From the IMG/VR virus record IMGVR_UViG_3300045988_170943, positions 64,001 to 128,000 of that record: a stretch of 64,000 bases of DNA; one strand, 5' to 3'. The DNA is from a virus. Both the position numbers and the translations under genes were made by a program. The notes below the pieces were generated by a model that saw only the letters and a list, made by a program, of their open reading frames with translations, made no database searches and was not told the origin of the DNA. Positions 1-9,799 of the stretch are shown in pieces; positions within the stretch are counted from its first letter, which is position 1; the number at the start of each line of letters is the position of its first letter.

Positions 1-256
1 ACGACTTCTCTATCCCCAGTAAGCCGTACTCGCCGGACCCCTCAGTGTGAACTCCCTATAGGTGTCGCATACCCTTACACCCCTTGATGCATCCGTGCTC
101 CCCTGTAGCGTGTGATCTGTTTCACCAGATCGCGTGTTGCAGGGGAGCATGCTTGCAGGCTATACTGACACCACAAGCCAGAATCTCGTGTTCACCCGGA
201 TCACAGTGGACTGAGACACCACAAACACACAGCAGACACTAGAGAGGTGCAATAAC

Positions 257-853
257 ATGACTGACCACTCCGCATCGTACTGGGTGATTCTCAAAAACCG
301 CCACGGCGAGTACATGCCTACACAAATGCATGTAGATGAGAGTACTCCAGGGAATCTGAGGAGCATGATCAAGTTCATGCTCCACGACACCGACACCTTC
401 CAGCAATTCTTTCTGGACATGTGCAAGGAAATTACACGCATCAAAGGGGCCGACGTCTTAGACAAGGACGAGTTCACGTCCATAGGATTCTTCATTTCCA
501 AGAACTCACTACTCCAGTCACATGATGATGAACCGTTCGTGCTGTACCTGGAAGCCTTGGAGGATCGAGTTGGTGAGGACAGGTTTCCTCCTCGATTCAC
601 CACCAAAGAGGAAGCCATTAAGCATGCCACTTCACACAAGAGTAATGGGATCAGTATCCTCCTTGACCCCTACTCAGGTAAGGGCAGCATGGGCACCTAC
701 TGGTTCTGGTCAACCAAAACCAAGTTCCCCCTCTCCTACTACATTGACAGCGACACACACGACACGCCTAAGGTCAGTGTCACTGTCTCTCCTGGCGAAA
801 TCATGCGGGTGGACGGCTACATGATGAGTGCCGATGAGAAGGAGATTGCCTGA
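257..853 (+). CDS. hypothetical protein (198 aa)
   Basis: Long ORF with an ATG start; the upstream 'agagaggtg' is SD-like. No recognisable motifs. Confidence 0.5.
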   Translation: MTDHSASYWVILKNRHGEYMPTQMHVDESTPGNLRSMIKFMLHDTDTFQQFFLDMCKEITRIKGADVLDKDEFTSIGFFISKNSLLQSHDDEPFVLYLEALEDRVGEDRFPPRFTTKEEAIKHATSHKSNGISILLDPYSGKGSMGTYWFWSTKTKFPLSYYIDSDTHDTPKVSVTVSPGEIMRVDGYMMSADEKEIA

Positions 854-964
854 CACTCAGGGCTATCCACAGACCCCGGACGCTTTCACCTTTAAGCGTC
901 CGGGGCTGCTCTGTCGGGGCGACTTTCCATCTAAGCACGGAGTCAACAAGCATCTAGCGTATTA

Positions 965-1759
965 TCAAGAATCTATGTCGTCTATACTAGGTATTTGCAT
1001 GTCTGGGATACCCCATGTTACCCAGTTCGACTTGATACTATATCCTAGTTCCTTGTTGACACGTGCTGCCACCCTTTCAGCGATGTTGTCAGCAGAACTC
1101 TTGATCTTGAAAAGCGACTCGTCCGACAGCATGCGATAAGTCAACCTGATGAAGTTCAGGATAGGAACTACATTTGCCTGAATACAATCACACTCGTTCC
1201 TCAGGATCATGTTTCCGTCATCACCCTCCTGTAGGCAGGGATGAATCATGGAGTAAGCAGTATCCTCAAGACAACGCTTCAGCACTGACACATCCTCATC
1301 AGAGAGATCACGAGGAAAGCCTGTGTACTCAGCATTGAACTTGAAAAGAGTCATGTCAGGAACATAAGCATCTACCTTAACACGGGCATGAAACCCTATG
1401 CTGACCAAACCATCCTTATCGAGCAGGTGAATTGCAATCTGGTCAGGTGATTCGTAGTCATCACTCACTCTCGCCTCAGCGACATAGAATGGGGGATTGA
1501 TGTTATTGACCTTGCACACATCCTCAAGATCAAGAACATTGGTAGGTAGAGTCACCTCAACATGATCCTCGTCCAACACATTGTCCTTGGCCCTGATGAC
1601 AGCATTCTGGATATTGTCTCCATCGCTGACTGAACTGGTGACTGATCCATCTGGCAGAGTAAACTCGATTGACAGAACCTCTCTTCCGTTCAAAGGAGTA
1701 AGGACACTGTTGAGGTACCCAGCGATCTCATTCATCTTTGTCTTTCCATTCTCAGTCAT
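965..1759 (-). CDS. hypothetical protein, paralog family C (with 52194..52955)
   Basis: ORF with a GAGAGAGG SD upstream. Shares motifs with the 52194 ORF: 'PL.GREV', 'LPT.VL', 'IHP', and a C-terminal 'GY..K/E..S.W'. Confidence 0.55.
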   Translation of the reverse strand: MTENGKTKMNEIAGYLNSVLTPLNGREVLSIEFTLPDGSVTSSVSDGDNIQNAVIRAKDNVLDEDHVEVTLPTNVLDLEDVCKVNNINPPFYVAEARVSDDYESPDQIAIHLLDKDGLVSIGFHARVKVDAYVPDMTLFKFNAEYTGFPRDLSDEDVSVLKRCLEDTAYSMIHPCLQEGDDGNMILRNECDCIQANVVPILNFIRLTYRMLSDESLFKIKSSADNIAERVAARVNKELGYSIKSNWVTWGIPDMQIPSIDDIDS

Positions 1760-1810
1760 ACTAAAACCTCTCTCTGGTGTTTTTGTAACCCGTCACTTCA
1801 GGACGCACAA

Positions 1811-2209
1811 TCAGGACGTCTCACTCTGTAGTCCACGAATAGCGCTGGTAAGTAAATGGGTTTCTATCTCACGGATACGCTCTACGCTTACTCCTTTCAC
1901 AACGAACGCCCTTCCACCTTTAGATACAACATTGCTGATATAGGCCCGTGTACGCACTTCAAGGTCACTCAGTGAAGATGCCTCAACTCGCACTATATAC
2001 CTACCTAAAACATGTCCACGAAAAACATCATCTGCACATAGGTGTCTAATATAGGTTCGCTTTCCATTGCTTTTGACTTCAATGTGGTAACTATAATGTT
2101 CGATATACGTTTCCGCATCTTTCTCTCTCTGTTGGTTTGTTCGTCTTTTAAAGAAATCTGCCACATTCCTATTGAGATTCTTAATCATTCTTGATGGCGT
2201 AACATTCAT
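1811..2209 (-). CDS. hypothetical basic protein
   Basis: ORF. The internal ATG at 2209 is preceded by the SD 'gagggtg'; the listed GTG at 2218 lacks an SD. Confidence 0.45.
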   Translation of the reverse strand: MNVTPSRMIKNLNRNVADFFKRRTNQQREKDAETYIEHYSYHIEVKSNGKRTYIRHLCADDVFRGHVLGRYIVRVEASSLSDLEVRTRAYISNVVSKGGRAFVVKGVSVERIREIETHLLTSAIRGLQSETS

Positions 2210-2268
2210 TGAGATCACCCTCGTTATCTATCGGTCTATTCTGGACGCTCTCTTATTTAGAATAAGTT

Positions 2269-2547
2269 TTACCCCATACTCATAACTGAATTAGCAAAAG
2301 CAGCGGAAAGAAACACGACAGCAAGCGAGACGACCAGTCCTGTAGCAATCGACGCGATCATCGCAGCAGCCATCACCCAGAGCCAGGATGCTGAGATGAC
2401 ACCAAGCACTTTCAGCAGTGATGTTGCGGCAAAGCATGTAACGACCACAACCGCTGCGATGACGGCACCCCACCTGAATAGGGTCCTCTTGTCACTATCC
2501 TGTGCGTTAAAGGCGCCATCTGTGATGCTGTTAAAATCTGCGCTCAT
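2269..2547 (-). CDS. small membrane protein
   Basis: 92 aa with two predicted hydrophobic TM segments. In tandem with the 2552..2857 ORF. Confidence 0.45.
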   Translation of the reverse strand: MSADFNSITDGAFNAQDSDKRTLFRWGAVIAAVVVVTCFAATSLLKVLGVISASWLWVMAAAMIASIATGLVVSLAVVFLSAAFANSVMSMG

Positions 2548-2551
2548 GATT

Positions 2552-2857
2552 TCAGTTCTTCCTCCTGTTCTTACTGTCCAGGCGCTTAGTTCCAGCGTCC
2601 AGAATCGTGTTACCGAACGACTCCACTGCTGACATGAAGGCGATGACTAGGGCCAGTCCAAGCAGGATTGCAGGGACAACGAGCCACCAGGGGATTGTGA
2701 TAATGTCAGCAACCCTGAGCACGATGGTTCCAGAGACAGCGCCAATACACAGAACAAAACGAGTGAACGAGGTCATCAGCAGGAAGATCTTGCGGATCCT
2801 GGCTATGTGAGCAATCCTGTTGGTAAGTAGTACGCTCTTGCCTTGTTGTGCTGTCAT
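2552..2857 (-). CDS. small membrane protein
   Basis: 101 aa and hydrophobic. SD 'gaaagg' lies upstream. Confidence 0.45.
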   Translation of the reverse strand: MTAQQGKSVLLTNRIAHIARIRKIFLLMTSFTRFVLCIGAVSGTIVLRVADIITIPWWLVVPAILLGLALVIAFMSAVESFGNTILDAGTKRLDSKNRRKN

Positions 2858-3092
2858 TGTCTGCTGGGCCTTTCTGATGGTTCTGTGTGTTGCCTGCTTT
2901 TTGCTGACACACCTTCAATCTGATCAGCATCATCTCATACTTCCAGGCGAAAGTCCAGTTAAAGGTGTGTGATGTGGGTGTCAATCTTGCTGCAACAATT
3001 TGTGTGTCAAGTATCACATGTATACACAGTGCACTTGGGCGTAGAATGGCTTACAATCGCGTGTATATACCTGCACACAGAAAGGATAGTTC

Positions 3093-3647
3093 ATGACACT
3101 GGTCAGCAGCACTAATGTCAGTGCAAACAGAGGGTTTATTCTGCTTGAGGTTGTCCTCTTTCTGGCGATTGTTGGTTGCCTGTTTCTGGCGAGCATGTTC
3201 TGGCAGAGTTCACCCGACATATTTCTTAGTCGCATGCAGCGGAACGCACGGAGAGAGGCGTCTGAGATCTTGGCAAGCGTCGTCGGTGTGCTTGTGATTT
3301 TTGTTATGCTTACTGTGCTTCCGGGATTCGCTAACGGGCTCATCGGCTACACCAGTCAGGTCTACCAGGTTCAGGGCATTGTCAAGGACGCTGCCGAGAC
3401 CAACTGCTCGACAGAGGGTGAGGACTGTGCCCCAGATTTTCTTGGCAAGGTGTACATGGATGGCATCACCTTCAGCCATGATGGCGAGCAGCCAGGACCG
3501 TCTGGGGAGAGGCTTCGTCCCACTGATGTGATTGAAAAGAAGGTCACCGCTCAGTTCAGGTGCAAGAACATCAGCGGCCGCATCTTGAGCGCTCAGGAGG
3601 TCCTGGACACCTGTGACAAGGCACGCATCACTGCTATCGAGGGATGA
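3093..3647 (+). CDS. type IV pilin-like / pseudopilin protein (prepilin N-terminal domain)
   Basis: The N-terminus 'MTLVSSTNVSANRG|FILLEVVLFLAIVG' is a classic class III signal: a basic leader ending in Gly, Phe at +1, Glu at +5 and a hydrophobic stretch. It resembles ComGC/pseudopilins. Confidence 0.6.
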   Translation: MTLVSSTNVSANRGFILLEVVLFLAIVGCLFLASMFWQSSPDIFLSRMQRNARREASEILASVVGVLVIFVMLTVLPGFANGLIGYTSQVYQVQGIVKDAAETNCSTEGEDCAPDFLGKVYMDGITFSHDGEQPGPSGERLRPTDVIEKKVTAQFRCKNISGRILSAQEVLDTCDKARITAIEG

Positions 3648-3774
3648 GCGTACCTGGATTAGGCGTCCTATCCGTCCATAAAGAGACAACCCGGAGGCCA
3701 TATGTTTTAGCACTCCGGTTTGTTCATTTGTGCTCTGGTTAAACACAAATGCTATGACAAGTTATCACCACTTG

Positions 3775-3869
3775 CGCGCCTTCTTCTTGTCGTCATCGTT
3801 AGAGTAGTCGCCCCAGCCTCGCTTAATCTTCTCCCAGGGGTCGGGGTTTGGGTCAAATGGATCAGCCAT
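3775..3869 (-). CDS. putative small peptide (31 aa, MADPFDPNPDPWEKIKRGWGDYSNDDDKKKARKW)
   Basis: Not in the ORF track. The ATG is preceded by the SD 'ggagaag'. Very short. Confidence 0.25.
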
Positions 3870-3989
3870 ATTCTTCTCCTCAATGTGTACGGCTTTTGCT
3901 TACTGGACTGAACCATGTCCTCACCGATTCTGGTTCTGGCAACCTTAAGACCACGAGAGGTGAACCACTGGTGCTTGTTCACCTCTGGA

Positions 3990-4679
3990 TTACTTAGTCA
4001 GGATAGTAGGCACACAGAAGAAAATGGGTGAGATGTCGTGTTCCTCCTCATATGAGATAGGATCGTTTGGGAAGATGTCGTAGTAGTCGAAGATGTTGCC
4101 GTCCTGAGGGTGCTCAGGCTCTCCACAGGTCTCTGCTCGAAGGTCACGGATGACCTTTCTCAAGGACTCCTCCATCTTACGAGCATCCTTGTCGAGGAGG
4201 TTGTTCCTGCTGCCCTTGCGAGTAACGGAGACAAGTGCTCGGTACTTCTCTGACGACCACTTGGTGGCGCTGAACTCCACCTTAAAGTCGTCAGAGGGCA
4301 TCTCAACACCTCGTGCAAGAAGGTTGAGATAGACCCATTCCGCCACCTTCTGAGCGCGTCCAGCATGGTTCTTGATCATGGGGAACTCAAGATTCCATTT
4401 GGGCTGACGCGGACTCCTGAATGTACCTGTGTACAACTTCTCGCACCCGAAAGCGACAACACTTCCGTTCTTGAAGGACCTCTGAGCGAGTACTTCACCA
4501 CCCTTCTCAGTCCAGTCGTAGTGGAAAAACCTGTACGCCTTGACCCGCCACAAGAGACCGCTCTCATCAGTGTGAAGCCACTTCTCCTGACCAAGAAGAA
4601 TCTTCGGCTCAACACCGAAAGCCTGCTGAATGTGGTGCTTTGCAAAGAGAATGGTGTTGTCTCTGAGGTCGTTTCCCAT
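3990..4679 (-). CDS. hypothetical protein (229 aa)
   Basis: The internal ATG at 4679 (MGNDLRD...) is preceded by the strong SD 'aaaaaggagaggg'. The longer listed ORF upstream lacks an SD. Confidence 0.5.
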   Translation of the reverse strand: MGNDLRDNTILFAKHHIQQAFGVEPKILLGQEKWLHTDESGLLWRVKAYRFFHYDWTEKGGEVLAQRSFKNGSVVAFGCEKLYTGTFRSPRQPKWNLEFPMIKNHAGRAQKVAEWVYLNLLARGVEMPSDDFKVEFSATKWSSEKYRALVSVTRKGSRNNLLDKDARKMEESLRKVIRDLRAETCGEPEHPQDGNIFDYYDIFPNDPISYEEEHDISPIFFCVPTILTK

Positions 4680-4925
4680 GGTCCCTCTCCTTTTTGTTCC
4701 TGCTGTGGACCTTCGAACCTTCTGTCTTGACTGATGAGTCAATGCTAGGCCGACCAGGGGTCCCAGGCAACCCCAAAACAAGTGAACCAGATCACTTGAA
4801 TACCAAAGAGGATTTTGATGTGACTGCCTTGCTGCTGCCTGTGTCGCATACATCACAACATTTTTTGATCGACCAAGCAAAAAAGAGGCGACCTCAGTCG
4901 GTTAGAACCAAGGCCGCCTCACACC

Positions 4926-5623
4926 TCAGCGGCGCTTACCACGTCCGCGACGGCGACGGCTCTGGGAGGGCTTGGGGCGCTCATCCATCTCAGGGAAGAA
5001 GTCCTTGCAGCGTACCTTGAAGCGCGGCTCAATCAGGTTTCCGTTCTCGTCGGCGACCCAGAACACGATCCCCTCAATGTTTCGGGCACGGAAGTCAGCG
5101 AAGATGGGCTCCAGCATCGCAAAGGGGTCATCACTGGCAAGGATCTCCTGAATGGCAGGGAACTCGGTGGCTCGCTCACAGCCATGGATCCGCAACTCAT
5201 CAGCAGCAACCTTCTCAGGGTTACCGTTGATCTTAGGTCCCAACAGTTCGAAGGTGGTGTCCTTAGGCGGCTCGGCCCCGTTGTCCTCAATGAATCGAGC
5301 GATAGCCCGGTTGAGGAACTTCTTCATGGAGGAAGAATCCTTGGGCTCCCACCCGAAAGTGATGCCAGTGTTAGGGTCTGTCTCCAGGGGAATGAACCCC
5401 TCAGGTGCCTCCTTGCCAGGACGCACAGCCCGGCGAGTAAACCACTCCCCATCAGCGTCACAGAACACGGCTGTCCCGTCGCGCTTGAACGTGGGAACGA
5501 TTCGCTTCCCCTCGGCCAGGGTGTTGGAAATGAGGTCACGGATGTCTCCACGAATAGTGTGGAGTACCGTGCGGTCGCCCTCCTCGTTGAAGTGGAGGTT
5601 AAAAATGACGGGCATCTTCTTCA
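4926..5623 (-). CDS. ATP-dependent ligase-like nucleotidyltransferase (minimal RNA/DNA ligase fold)
   Basis: Motif I 'KRDG' (KxDG with the lysine nucleophile) and a motif IV-like 'EGIVFW', followed by a basic C-terminal tail. The ATG at 5623 (MKKMPV) is preceded by the SD 'ggagaaagggg'. Confidence 0.5.
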
Positions 5624-5796
5624 TTGCTACTGCCCCTTTCTCCTGGTCATCGGTGCCAGGGTTGGTATCTTGCCTGTTTGTGGCACCACTATAGGCAGGT
5701 CGCCCAGACAGTCGCAAGCCCTGAATCAGTGAAGCGGGTCACAAACGCGAGGCACTGGCTCTATCAACATGTGCCCCATGTCACCAATGTTTCCGC

Positions 5797-5825
5797 TTGC
5801 CTCTAGGTGCTTGCTGGTGTAGAGT
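5797..5825 (+). promoter_or_regulatory. sigma70-like promoter TTGCCT-N17-TAGAGT
   Basis: Hexamers and spacing are read directly from the sequence. It lies in the divergent region between the ligase-like gene and the + strand block starting at 5899. Confidence 0.4.
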
Positions 5826-5898
5826 GTGGGACGGTGCCAGGCGTATGATGCTGAAGTTGTAACATCCTGGAAAGTCCTATCGTGAAAGAGAAGCAAGC

Positions 5899-6546
5899 AT
5901 GTCTGACAATACTGACGGCATTGTTCAGAGTACTCGTGAGGCGATGGCCCGTATCAGGGAGGTAAGGTCGGGTAATGACCTGGCTTGTGCTTTAGATGAC
6001 CTCCCCTTGGAGGCTGCTATGAAGTGGGGTCTGGAGTGCCCGGCTGTTGACAAGGTGTTCACTGCCTGGATGCGTGAAGCATGTAGGGACGCAGTGTTTG
6101 TTGTGGATGAGTACGCGGCCAACAATGACTTTGAACTCACCATCGTCTACTACGACTACGATGATGGCTACTGGTACGTCTCTGGGTGGGTAGTGGGTGA
6201 CGAGAATGTTCACTACAAGGACATGGAGGCGGCCCGAGAAGCCTACCTGTACCTCAGCAAGGACCGGCACCCTTGCGAGACTGCCCAGGAGTATGGGACA
6301 ACTGAGGAGTATCTTGCTGACATCCGCCAGAAGGCCATCAAGATCAGCGGGATCGTTGGTGTACGTCGAGCGTGCGAACTGATGACTGATGCCGCTGAAC
6401 GTGCCGGGTACGTGGTTGAGGATCTGGGTGAGACGTCCGAGGAGAACTACTACATTGGTGTCATCACCATGGTCGGGAAGGACGGGACAGAGTACGAGGT
6501 TGGTCATGGCCGACCCAAGATCTGCCTGAGCGACATCAAGAAGTAA
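5899..6546 (+). CDS. hypothetical protein
   Basis: 215-aa ORF with an ATG start. Confidence 0.55.
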   Translation: MSDNTDGIVQSTREAMARIREVRSGNDLACALDDLPLEAAMKWGLECPAVDKVFTAWMREACRDAVFVVDEYAANNDFELTIVYYDYDDGYWYVSGWVVGDENVHYKDMEAAREAYLYLSKDRHPCETAQEYGTTEEYLADIRQKAIKISGIVGVRRACELMTDAAERAGYVVEDLGETSEENYYIGVITMVGKDGTEYEVGHGRPKICLSDIKK

Positions 6547-6564
6547 GTAGCAGGAGGACAGGCC

Positions 6565-6966
6565 ATGTGGTTGAATACTGTTAGCGGCGAAATTGACCTC
6601 AAAATCAGTAGGGATGAGGTGGAATCCTTCACCAGCAGACTCAAAAGCGCAATCGGGGAGGATGGAGACCTCAACGTGGCTGCTAGAGACTCTTGGAGGA
6701 AAGGGCATCTCAGTGTCTCCTTCACCTACAGCACCAGCAAGGATATTCACGAGTTCTCAACCATGAGGGCTATCCAGGAGGTAGCGGACCAAAACGGCCG
6801 CAACCACTATGTCAGCGTGACATTCGTTGACATGAGAAACTTCGCTGACGCCAGATCTCCACGAATGACTGTATATGACCTTAGAATGTCAGAGATGCCA
6901 GTGATTGAGATGGAGGATAATTCTTTCACGGCGGACATTGAGTCGATGACCCCTTGGATGCTGTGA
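6565..6966 (+). CDS. hypothetical protein
   Basis: The SD 'gcaggagga' lies 7 nt upstream of the ATG. Confidence 0.55.
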   Translation: MWLNTVSGEIDLKISRDEVESFTSRLKSAIGEDGDLNVAARDSWRKGHLSVSFTYSTSKDIHEFSTMRAIQEVADQNGRNHYVSVTFVDMRNFADARSPRMTVYDLRMSEMPVIEMEDNSFTADIESMTPWML

Positions 6967-7045
6967 CCCTATCGCCTTAAGTTGAGGGGAGCGTCAGAGT
7001 CATAGCATGCGCGGTGGTCGCACCCTCAGTGTCATTGTGTGAGCC

Positions 7046-7093
7046 AGTTCACTCGCCCCAGTGTTGCATTCACCGTTACCCCATGTGTACGCT
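7046..7093 (+). promoter_or_regulatory. composite promoter motif AGTTCACTC-N8-GTTGCA-N18-TACGCT
   Basis: One instance of a motif that recurs at least 10 times in this window. Confidence 0.4.
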
Positions 7094-7146
7094 GTAGCCA
7101 GAAGCCGGGAGGAAGAGCCTGACCGGCAAGAGTAACAGGAATTAAG

Positions 7147-7527
7147 ATGGCTGACTTCTTCGATAGCGATGTTGTTGCCTCCGGCGTGGAGCAGTATGTC
7201 CTCTTTGGTATCCCCACGCGGGCGGTAGCCACCACTTTCAATGGAGAATACGACCTCGTTTCGCCTTATGGTTCCACTGGTGACGAGGATGAGGGGATCG
7301 AGATCTGGCTCTCCGGCGAGGAGGGTGAGGATGAGGACGGGATCTTCATCCGTGGCACCATTGAGCGCGGTGTTCCGGGCGACCTGATTGCCCGGGAGAT
7401 CGACACTGTTGATGCCTGGCAGGATGAGGATGGGACTCCCCATGTCCTTATCGCTGCTGGAGGCTACGAGGTTGTTCTCACTGGCGATCCTGATGCTCTG
7501 GGGTGGGTGGCTTCTCTGGGGGTTTGA
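7147..7527 (+). CDS. hypothetical highly acidic protein
   Basis: 126 aa with about 30 Asp/Glu and few basic residues. Confidence 0.55.
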   Translation: MADFFDSDVVASGVEQYVLFGIPTRAVATTFNGEYDLVSPYGSTGDEDEGIEIWLSGEEGEDEDGIFIRGTIERGVPGDLIAREIDTVDAWQDEDGTPHVLIAAGGYEVVLTGDPDALGWVASLGV

Positions 7528-7750
7528 CAGCAAGCGCAAGACAAGAAGAGCGCGTGAGGGGCCTCTGTCGTTCGGTAGCAGGCAGAGTCCCCTTACGACC
7601 TTCTGCCCAACTACCTACAGGGACACATGTTGTGTGCCACAGGCCCAGATGTTGCCTTTAGGGTGCCTTGTCGTGTATAGTCAGCAAGAGAGAGCATCAG
7701 ATCATCTAGAGTGCTCTGTGATGTTTGCATGAAATGGGAGGGACCCCGTA

Positions 7751-8161
7751 ATGAACAAGACGTTTAGTGCGTACATCGAGTACCATGGCAAGTACACTGC
7801 CGCCCTGAGACTGTTTGAGCGATTCAAGGGGAAGTTCGACAGTCTCCAGGGCGAGGGAGGGTTCAGTTTTGTCGCTAAGATCGATGAGGATGACAGCGAC
7901 TACACGCCCATGATCTGGGTACGAGCCCATGGGACACCTGAATCGGATTCCATCTTTGAGGACCTTCTTAAGTACGTGACCAACAAAATGATCCATACCC
8001 CACACGAAGGGATTGGGAAAGTGTACGCCAAGACTGTCGTCATTGACCCAGTTGATGACGAGTTCTTTATCCCCGAGATCTATGTGACGAAGTACGAGAC
8101 CGACCAAGACGGTATTGTTCAGAGCAGTGTCGAGACGTACATCAGTGACGAGATTGTATGA
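7751..8161 (+). CDS. hypothetical protein
   Basis: The SD 'gggaggg' precedes the ATG. Confidence 0.55.
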   Translation: MNKTFSAYIEYHGKYTAALRLFERFKGKFDSLQGEGGFSFVAKIDEDDSDYTPMIWVRAHGTPESDSIFEDLLKYVTNKMIHTPHEGIGKVYAKTVVIDPVDDEFFIPEIYVTKYETDQDGIVQSSVETYISDEIV

Positions 8162-8206
8162 CCTGACTAGCCCTGTTGGTTCAGAGACGATGAGAGCGGA
8201 GATTCG

Positions 8207-8692
8207 ATGACCCCACTGTTATTGACTGCTGGCATTTCTGGCGGTGAAGCGTCAACGACAAAATCTGACGACATCTATCTTCTCTCCGCTATGGTTGTGA
8301 TTATGGGTTTTTTCGCAATTGCTTTCCTTTTGGGCGATAAAGCCGGCAAGGTCTTGTTGTTTTACGCTACTGTGGTTGTTACCCTCCTTTTCTGGAAGCC
8401 GCACCTTTTCGTCTACGAGAAGACAGTAACCGAACATGCCCCTTACACGATCACTGGGACGGTACTCAAAATCGATAAGAACGACCTTGCGGAGTACAAC
8501 CCCACGGTCACTCTGAACAGCGGAGAGAAAGTCAAGGTCACGGAGGATGCGAAGGACCTGTACCAGTTCATCGGCTCACAAGTGACTCTCAAGTGTGACT
8601 ATGATGAGATGCCAGACAAAAAGATCACTAGCAGCACTTCCTGTGACTTTCAGGGTGCTGGCTCTACCCCAGCCCCTAGCGTATCCAACTAG
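8207..8692 (+). CDS. membrane-anchored hypothetical protein
   Basis: An N-terminal hydrophobic segment is followed by a soluble domain. Confidence 0.5.
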   Translation: MTPLLLTAGISGGEASTTKSDDIYLLSAMVVIMGFFAIAFLLGDKAGKVLLFYATVVVTLLFWKPHLFVYEKTVTEHAPYTITGTVLKIDKNDLAEYNPTVTLNSGEKVKVTEDAKDLYQFIGSQVTLKCDYDEMPDKKITSSTSCDFQGAGSTPAPSVSN

Positions 8693-8760
8693 GGACACCA
8701 CCACTGCAACCATGATCCGTGCACGTGCTTGAAAAGTAGAACCTGAGGAGGAATAGGAGT

Positions 8761-9774
8761 ATGAGCGACACGCGAGAGGTTACAGAGTCCATGGCCCCGA
8801 ATGAGGTCGTGGCATTCCTAAACGATGGAACCCAATCAGGTTCTATCCCTGCCGCACTGGATGACATTCTTGACGACATCCGTGACGAGCAACTATCCTT
8901 GCATGGTTTTGATGAGGGCGAGACACGTGTGGTGAACGCCGTCAATGACTGGTTCGATGACGACAAGATCGCGTGCCTGGTGTGCGAAACAAAGAATGAG
9001 CAAGTCGTCTACACGCTCTCTGAGGTTCAGGACGTCTCAGGGTCCTTTCTGGTGTGGTGGTGGAAGAAGTATGACGCCAGCGCCTACACTGAGTTGATGG
9101 GCGCAATCAAACAGGGGCGAAAGTTCCAGTTCCTCCTACATGAGGGGCAAGGCAACAGATTCCTCATCAATGAAACGATCCAGGAGGTCTGGGAAGTTGC
9201 AAGAAACATCCCCAGAAAGCACTCACTGAAGTTCTTCAAGAGGGTCGTGAAAGAGGAGGCATACTTCTCTAACTCATGGGAGACTGTTGACGACTACCAT
9301 TCCCGGCACTGGCGGCAGTGGCTCTCCAGGGGCGGTTTCGTCAGGTTCAAACCCAAGGGCATTGACATGTTTGTTTGCGTCAGTGACGACCGCAACAAGG
9401 GAGCGCTTTCTTTCTGGCAGGAACTCATCGAAGATGGGGACACGCTGGGAGTGCTCAGAGATGTGGATAAGAGTGGGGTCATGTCCTCCCCCAGCAAGTT
9501 CCCATACCGTGACCTGTGCAGCAAGGTCAAGGGGTACCGTGAAGACCTCTCGGACGTCAAAATTGCCAATAACGACCCCAACCTCTCTGAGAACGGGCGA
9601 GTGAACATTGTTTACATGTTCGTCACCGTGAACAGGTACAATGAGCCATCCGTGTACATGCTGTCAGACCACTTCAAATCTTATGACTGGAGGGTATTTG
9701 ACGACATCGAAGTCATCTCCCCATACCTGCACAAGGTGGGGTGGACTAACAACACCCAAAACAACGAAGAGTGA
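8761..9774 (+). CDS. paralog family A protein
   Basis: The SD 'gaggaggaa' precedes the ATG. Shares 'VYTLSEVQ.VSGS.LVWWWK' and the C-terminal 'SGVMSSPS.FPYRDL.SK..GYREDLSD' with the 9800 ORF. Confidence 0.6.
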   Translation: MSDTREVTESMAPNEVVAFLNDGTQSGSIPAALDDILDDIRDEQLSLHGFDEGETRVVNAVNDWFDDDKIACLVCETKNEQVVYTLSEVQDVSGSFLVWWWKKYDASAYTELMGAIKQGRKFQFLLHEGQGNRFLINETIQEVWEVARNIPRKHSLKFFKRVVKEEAYFSNSWETVDDYHSRHWRQWLSRGGFVRFKPKGIDMFVCVSDDRNKGALSFWQELIEDGDTLGVLRDVDKSGVMSSPSKFPYRDLCSKVKGYREDLSDVKIANNDPNLSENGRVNIVYMFVTVNRYNEPSVYMLSDHFKSYDWRVFDDIEVISPYLHKVGWTNNTQNNEE

Positions 9775-9799
9775 AATAAAGGACAGATTAGGATCTAGC

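Noticed and set aside
5152-5732. + strand ORFs 5152..5694 and 5184..5732, and similar antisense ORFs at 160..639, 5992..6750, 7000..7539, 11901..12770, 18596..19291, 25069..25938, 25972..26490, 36799..37419, 37416..38045, 40679..41311, 46252..46797 and 49551..50141
   Set aside because: These are shadow ORFs opposite well-supported SD-preceded genes, a consequence of the GC-rich codon bias. They lack an SD and have Arg/Ser/Pro-rich low-complexity translations.
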